From IMG/VR virus record IMGVR_UViG_3300029939_000002: a stretch of 64,000 bases of DNA. One strand, written 5' to 3'. Numbering within the stretch: position 1 is the first letter of the stretch; the number at the start of each line of letters is the position of its first letter. This document shows positions 59,413 through 64,000 of this stretch, in pieces. This stretch comes from an uncultured virus (IMG/VR IMGVR_UViG_3300029939_000002) (Duplodnaviria > Heunggongvirae > Uroviricota > Caudoviricetes). Made by a program: the position numbers and the translations under genes. The notes beneath the pieces are model-generated. The model ran no database searches. It worked only from the letters and a program-made list of their open reading frames with translations, and was not told where the DNA came from.

Positions 59413-61191
59413 ATGTCAAGTAACCCAGAACCTATCAATGTCTATAATGAAAAACCTGTTTATGAATTTGTTCATAGTTGTCATGTTGATTATGAAGACG
59501 GTGATGCAGTTGTTGCTAAAGTTAATAGACACCACATGGGAATATCAACCCCAGAAGTTATTGTTATCGATAAACCTAAAAGGAGTTTTTATTTAACAAA
59601 ACCTGGATTAAGAACACATAAGTATAAAAAAGAATATGAATATATGGAAAATCTTGATAAGTATGATGTTTATAATCATGAATTACCAAGAGAGTTATTT
59701 CATAGGCTAAATGGATTTTATCCTAGAAGAAATCCTCAATTAAATCAATTATGCGATAGTCCTTATGTCTATGGTGCTGATATCCATATTGAAGTATTAA
59801 TTAAAGGAGCTTTACAGAAAACATTTGAAAAAAGTGGATTAAGACCATCTGCTGTTACAACTGGATTTTTCGATACTGAAGCTGATATGTTAGAAACAAA
59901 TGGTAAAGATATTAATCTCATTACTGTGACTCATGAAAATAAAGTCTATACTGCTATATGGAAAAAGTTCTTTAAGAAAAGAATAATCATCGATGGTAAA
60001 GATAGGTTTGTCGATGCTTCTCTAGATGAATTAATTAAATTAAAAGACGAAGTATTGGAGCCACATATCGAATCTATTAGAAAAGCCCTTCCTAAAGTTA
60101 GGATTCCTAAATTTGAATATCAGTATTTTTTACACGATGACTTATTAGAATGTATCAAATGGATCTTTGAACAGATCCATGTTAATATGACTGATTTTAT
60201 TGGTATATGGAATATGGGTTATGATATTCCTCAAGTTATTAGAAACATTCAAAGATTAAATGGTAATGTAGAAGATATCATGTGTTATCCAGGATTAGCG
60301 AAAAAATATAAAAAAGTTAAGTATGACACCGACCATAGCAAAGTAGATCATTTTACAAAGAAATGGGATTGGTTTCATTCAACTAGCGGAAGTCAATTCA
60401 CGAATGCCACTTCGTTATATAGCTTATTAAGAACAGTTATTGGTAAAGAAACCTCTTATAAACTAGATGATATCTTGCATAAGAATATCGGTGTTGGCAA
60501 ATTAACATTTAAAGATGCCGATCCAATTATTGCAGAATTAACTGATACCAACTGGCATCGGTATATGCAAAGAAATGAATTTTTGAAATACATTCTTTAT
60601 AACCAATTCGATTGTATTTCATTACAAATCATGGAATGGAAAAATCGTGATGAAGAACAGATGGTTATGTTGGCTGGGCCAAGTAGATTGTGTAAATGGT
60701 CTAGACAAACTCGCAAAGCTGCTGACGATCTCTACTTTGATATTCTACAAGAAGGTAAAGTCCTTGTTAGTACAGGACGAACTATGTTTAATGAATTTGA
60801 TTGGATGTTGGGTAAAACTGGTGGTGCAGTTCTAAGACCAGAAAAGACTTATGATCTAGGCATTAATATCTTTAGAGATATGACTGGTATTAAATCACTA
60901 ATGCGAAGTTTCGTGAATGATATTGATTTTAGCGCATTTTATCCAACAGTAGAATGTGTTATGAATATCAGTAAAGAAACTAAATTAAATAGTGCTTATT
61001 TAATTGAAGGTATGGATAAAAATAAAACACAGAGATTCTTCTCATTATTTATTAGTACTGATGAAAATAGTGTACAGATAATGAATACTTATTTTGGATT
61101 ACCGAATTATAGTGATATGAACAAATTATTCTTAGAAAGTTTAAAAAATAACCCTGTATGCATAGAACATAAGAATGTAGCACGATATTGA
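59413..61191 (+). CDS. Split family-B DNA polymerase subunit (3'-5' exonuclease plus motif A; phiKZ gp82-like)
   Basis: ExoI FDTE, ExoII WNMGYD, ExoIII YNQFD and motif A DIDFSAFYP; motifs B and C are absent. Confidence 0.82.
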   Translation: MSSNPEPINVYNEKPVYEFVHSCHVDYEDGDAVVAKVNRHHMGISTPEVIVIDKPKRSFYLTKPGLRTHKYKKEYEYMENLDKYDVYNHELPRELFHRLNGFYPRRNPQLNQLCDSPYVYGADIHIEVLIKGALQKTFEKSGLRPSAVTTGFFDTEADMLETNGKDINLITVTHENKVYTAIWKKFFKKRIIIDGKDRFVDASLDELIKLKDEVLEPHIESIRKALPKVRIPKFEYQYFLHDDLLECIKWIFEQIHVNMTDFIGIWNMGYDIPQVIRNIQRLNGNVEDIMCYPGLAKKYKKVKYDTDHSKVDHFTKKWDWFHSTSGSQFTNATSLYSLLRTVIGKETSYKLDDILHKNIGVGKLTFKDADPIIAELTDTNWHRYMQRNEFLKYILYNQFDCISLQIMEWKNRDEEQMVMLAGPSRLCKWSRQTRKAADDLYFDILQEGKVLVSTGRTMFNEFDWMLGKTGGAVLRPEKTYDLGINIFRDMTGIKSLMRSFVNDIDFSAFYPTVECVMNISKETKLNSAYLIEGMDKNKTQRFFSLFISTDENSVQIMNTYFGLPNYSDMNKLFLESLKNNPVCIEHKNVARY

Positions 61192-61192
61192 A

Positions 61193-61228
61193 ATAAGGGG
61201 GTACGGGCAATTGCCCGTACCCCCTTAT
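61193..61228. terminator. Perfect 36-bp loopless palindrome between convergent genes
   Basis: ataagggggtacgggcaa|ttgcccgtacccccttat. Confidence 0.7.
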
Positions 61229-61234
61229 AATTGT

Positions 61235-63652
61235 CTATTTCTTCAATTTAATACGAATACCATTTTCATCCATATCACCAGTATAATAATCATTGTTATT
61301 AAAGATTTCATTAACTTCTGGAGTTAATTTATCATATACATCATCTCCAATAATATCAATAATGTATGAAGACTGATGAAAATCTTGACCAATATGTTTA
61401 TTATTTAAAACAAATATACTGGAACGAAGAAGTATATTAATAAAAGCAACAGCATCCATATCTTTACGGAATTCTTTAATATAAGTTTTATAATTAATAA
61501 GATTATCTGTATAATCTACTTTAATGGTAGGACTGGTGTTTTTCTCAACTTTATCATAATCATCAAAGTATTTAAATGTAACACAATCCTCTATATAGCT
61601 CATCAGCTTCCAATTAGTAATCTTCTCAATATACTTATGATGTTTAACTAGTTCTTTAACAATATAAGGATTACTAATTACGATTTCATTAGTATTACAT
61701 TTGCTCGGTATATCTTTTCTCAGTACCAAGGTTCCAAGTATTGTTTTCAAATCAATATTGTTAGAGTATGTATGATGTTCTGACCACTCAATAAGTTCTG
61801 GTGGTTTTACCCTAATACTAAATATAAAACAATCATTACTATAACTTCTATACTTCAAACCATACTTACGAATAGGATATTTAATATCGTTTATAGTAAA
61901 ATATTCCTCAACATAAATAGATTTATTCTTAATATATTTAATAATATCATCTATTTTAAGAAAACTAAGTTCAGTAGTTTGGACATGGATATCATTTGTA
62001 TGTATAATATTAAATTTACTATCATTAACAACATCTTCACCAATTTTACAAGCTTTAAGAACAATCTGATTACAAATGTCTCTAAACTTTGAATAGTGGT
62101 CATTCTCATCAACATGTACATAGCTATCTGGAACGATATGTTCAATAACACCTTCTGTACCTTCACGACCAGTAGTTTTATATTCAGATTTTTTATTTAA
62201 TTTTTCTTTCTCATTATGTAAAATTATTTTAACACGATACGGCTTTTTTGCCAGTAAACAAAAGCGATGAAAAGTAATACTTAGTTGTTCACCATCTATA
62301 GTCACACCCCACAATGTCACAAAGTTATATACTTCTTCAATATATTGTTTATGTTTATAAAGTTCATCGCAGACATATTTATTACTAGTAATTTTAATAT
62401 GTTTAAAATGATCTGTTTCGGATTTAAGTGTATGTATAGCTTCTTTAATCTTCAAATTTTCTTCATATTTAATTCTTTGATTCATATTAATTTCATCAAT
62501 ATTTGCTTTAGTAAAATTAAAGTAAAATCTTGTACCCGCAATACATTCTTCAGATTTATCAAAATTTACATTATATCTAGCAATAGGATATGCAATATCA
62601 TTAAGATAGAATTTCTTTTCAGCATAAATAGTAAGAGTTTTTAAGAGTTTAATAACTTTATTTAAATCAATGTTATTATCTTTTTCCATAATAAAAGTAG
62701 TACCAGAAATAATATCACCTGAAGTAATGTTTTGAATATATTCTTCAGTTTTTTCACGAGCCACATTACAAATATTTTCGGTATATTCTTGTATCGTTGT
62801 CATGCAGACCTCGTTGTCTTGTGTGTTATTAAACTTATTATTAGTGAATACAACAATACATGTAGCTTCGTTTATATTAAAAAGACTATAACCATATTTT
62901 TCATTAATATAGTTAATAATATCTTTAGTAATACCAAATTTTTCTTTCTCTAACAATAGTTCTACTATCAATCCTGATTTAATTGTCAGTTTAGTCTTTC
63001 TTTTATTATATGCAGAAATAATAAAATCCGAAAGGCGTTTCAATGTATGTTCATAATTAGCTACATCATCAGTTGATTTTTCATTATATTTCTCAAACTG
63101 GAATATTACCCTAGTACCTTCAGTAATTGTTTTAATAAGTTTATATTCGACAACATTCAATTTAAACTCTTTATCAAAACATTTAAATGTGATATACTTA
63201 GTTGGGGGACAATCTGTTAATGCTTCACGAACATCCTTGAAAACTTTATTTTTCATATATTCATATACAGTAAATATCTTACCATCGCCATCAATAATAG
63301 CTTTAGAAATTTTACCATACAAATCAGTAACATATTGCATATGTAGGGTTTTTGCTTTTGCGGCACCGTATTTAATAGCATCAGGATTTATAGAAATAAG
63401 AATACGTTTTGACTCATGATAAATAGTGACATAGTCAACAAAAATATTACCTTCCAATCTACTAACAAGATCGTTTAGATATTTATCAATAGTATAAGTT
63501 TCTTTCATATATTTATCTAAATTTGGATAAAGGTCTTGTATAAGAATACTCTTTTTATAATCAACGATGTGACGTTTTGTATAAACATCAGTAATCTCAT
63601 TAATAATACGTACATATTCTGTTTTAATAATTTTAGATGATGAAAACTCCAT
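61235..63652 (-). CDS. Hypothetical protein with internal domain repeats and an embedded RNAP-derived segment
   Basis: Repeats IYAEKKFYLNDIAYPIARY / IYVEEYFTINDIKYPIRKY and SNKYVCDELYKHKQYIEE / SNPYIVKELVKHHKYIEK. Confidence 0.8.
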   Translation of the reverse strand: MEFSSSKIIKTEYVRIINEITDVYTKRHIVDYKKSILIQDLYPNLDKYMKETYTIDKYLNDLVSRLEGNIFVDYVTIYHESKRILISINPDAIKYGAAKAKTLHMQYVTDLYGKISKAIIDGDGKIFTVYEYMKNKVFKDVREALTDCPPTKYITFKCFDKEFKLNVVEYKLIKTITEGTRVIFQFEKYNEKSTDDVANYEHTLKRLSDFIISAYNKRKTKLTIKSGLIVELLLEKEKFGITKDIINYINEKYGYSLFNINEATCIVVFTNNKFNNTQDNEVCMTTIQEYTENICNVAREKTEEYIQNITSGDIISGTTFIMEKDNNIDLNKVIKLLKTLTIYAEKKFYLNDIAYPIARYNVNFDKSEECIAGTRFYFNFTKANIDEINMNQRIKYEENLKIKEAIHTLKSETDHFKHIKITSNKYVCDELYKHKQYIEEVYNFVTLWGVTIDGEQLSITFHRFCLLAKKPYRVKIILHNEKEKLNKKSEYKTTGREGTEGVIEHIVPDSYVHVDENDHYSKFRDICNQIVLKACKIGEDVVNDSKFNIIHTNDIHVQTTELSFLKIDDIIKYIKNKSIYVEEYFTINDIKYPIRKYGLKYRSYSNDCFIFSIRVKPPELIEWSEHHTYSNNIDLKTILGTLVLRKDIPSKCNTNEIVISNPYIVKELVKHHKYIEKITNWKLMSYIEDCVTFKYFDDYDKVEKNTSPTIKVDYTDNLINYKTYIKEFRKDMDAVAFINILLRSSIFVLNNKHIGQDFHQSSYIIDIIGDDVYDKLTPEVNEIFNNNDYYTGDMDENGIRIKLKK
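62101..62186 (-). repeat. Dispersed direct repeat of nvRNAP beta 13715..13800
   Basis: Ungapped manual alignment gives 72/86 identical, including a 25-nt exact run. Confidence 0.9.
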
Positions 63653-63954
63653 TACAGATCCTCCATGGAAAAACGTGTATATTTAATTTTCTCAACATAT
63701 ATAAACATACGAATAAAGTCTATGATATCTTTAATAACAAATACTGGAATAAATATAATAAAAACTACTAAACCAATAATACTTGTTGTATGAGAATATG
63801 TTCTAGAAATGTATAAATTCAAAGATACACCAAATTTAAATTTCTTATATGAATTATCTACTTTATCTGAAATAAATGTTAATCTCGTAAATCCAATAAT
63901 GTATCCTATTTTCTGTAGTAGAATGAGACTCAATAAAACAAATTCACCAACCAT
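63652..63954 (-). CDS. Small membrane protein
   Basis: 100 aa with two hydrophobic segments; TAATG coupling to the downstream gene. Confidence 0.55.
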   Translation of the reverse strand: MVGEFVLLSLILLQKIGYIIGFTRLTFISDKVDNSYKKFKFGVSLNLYISRTYSHTTSIIGLVVFIIFIPVFVIKDIIDFIRMFIYVEKIKYTRFSMEDL

Positions 63955-64000
63955 AACACTAAATAAAGATACAATATATGCCGGAATGTGTGTAGATTTA

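Noticed and set aside
62101..62186. DGR template/variable repeat pair with 13715..13800
   Set aside because: Mismatches are not restricted to adenines in either direction, no reverse transcriptase is in the window, and one copy is an essential RNAP motif.
1..64000. Stop-codon reassignment, tRNA or rRNA genes
   Set aside because: Long core genes are intact under code 11 and use all three stops. I saw no cloverleaf or rRNA-like sequence by eye, though tRNAscan was not run.

Overview
This window is from an AT-rich, nucleus-forming jumbo phage (phiKZ-like, Chimalliviridae), read with standard code 11. Family calls rest on motif recognition and gene order, not database searches. It holds the core block on the minus strand: chimallin-like shell protein, nvRNAP beta' N-half split by an ORF-less group I intron inside NADFDGD, gp59-like gene, Mre11/SbcD, ChmC-like RNA-binding protein, sigma-like gp68, PicA-like importer, gp70-like protein, nvRNAP beta-C and beta'-C, and an SF2 helicase. 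It also has two tail-fibre/adhesin clusters, neck and baseplate genes, UvsX, DnaB, the major capsid protein and a PolB exonuclease subunit. The most notable observations are: (1) a nucleoporin-like tail with 11 FG dipeptides on the gene next to PicA; (2) an 86-bp in-frame copy of the RNAP beta active-site segment inside an unrelated gene 48 kb away; (3) an adhesin tip swap with the old C-terminus left stranded; (4) a non-canonical 5' splice site in the intron; (5) an NAD ligase lacking its catalytic domain; (6) a radical-SAM/SPASM pseudogene; (7) loopless 30-40 bp palindromes; (8) strongly bimodal codon usage that marks an unknown, probably abundant protein.
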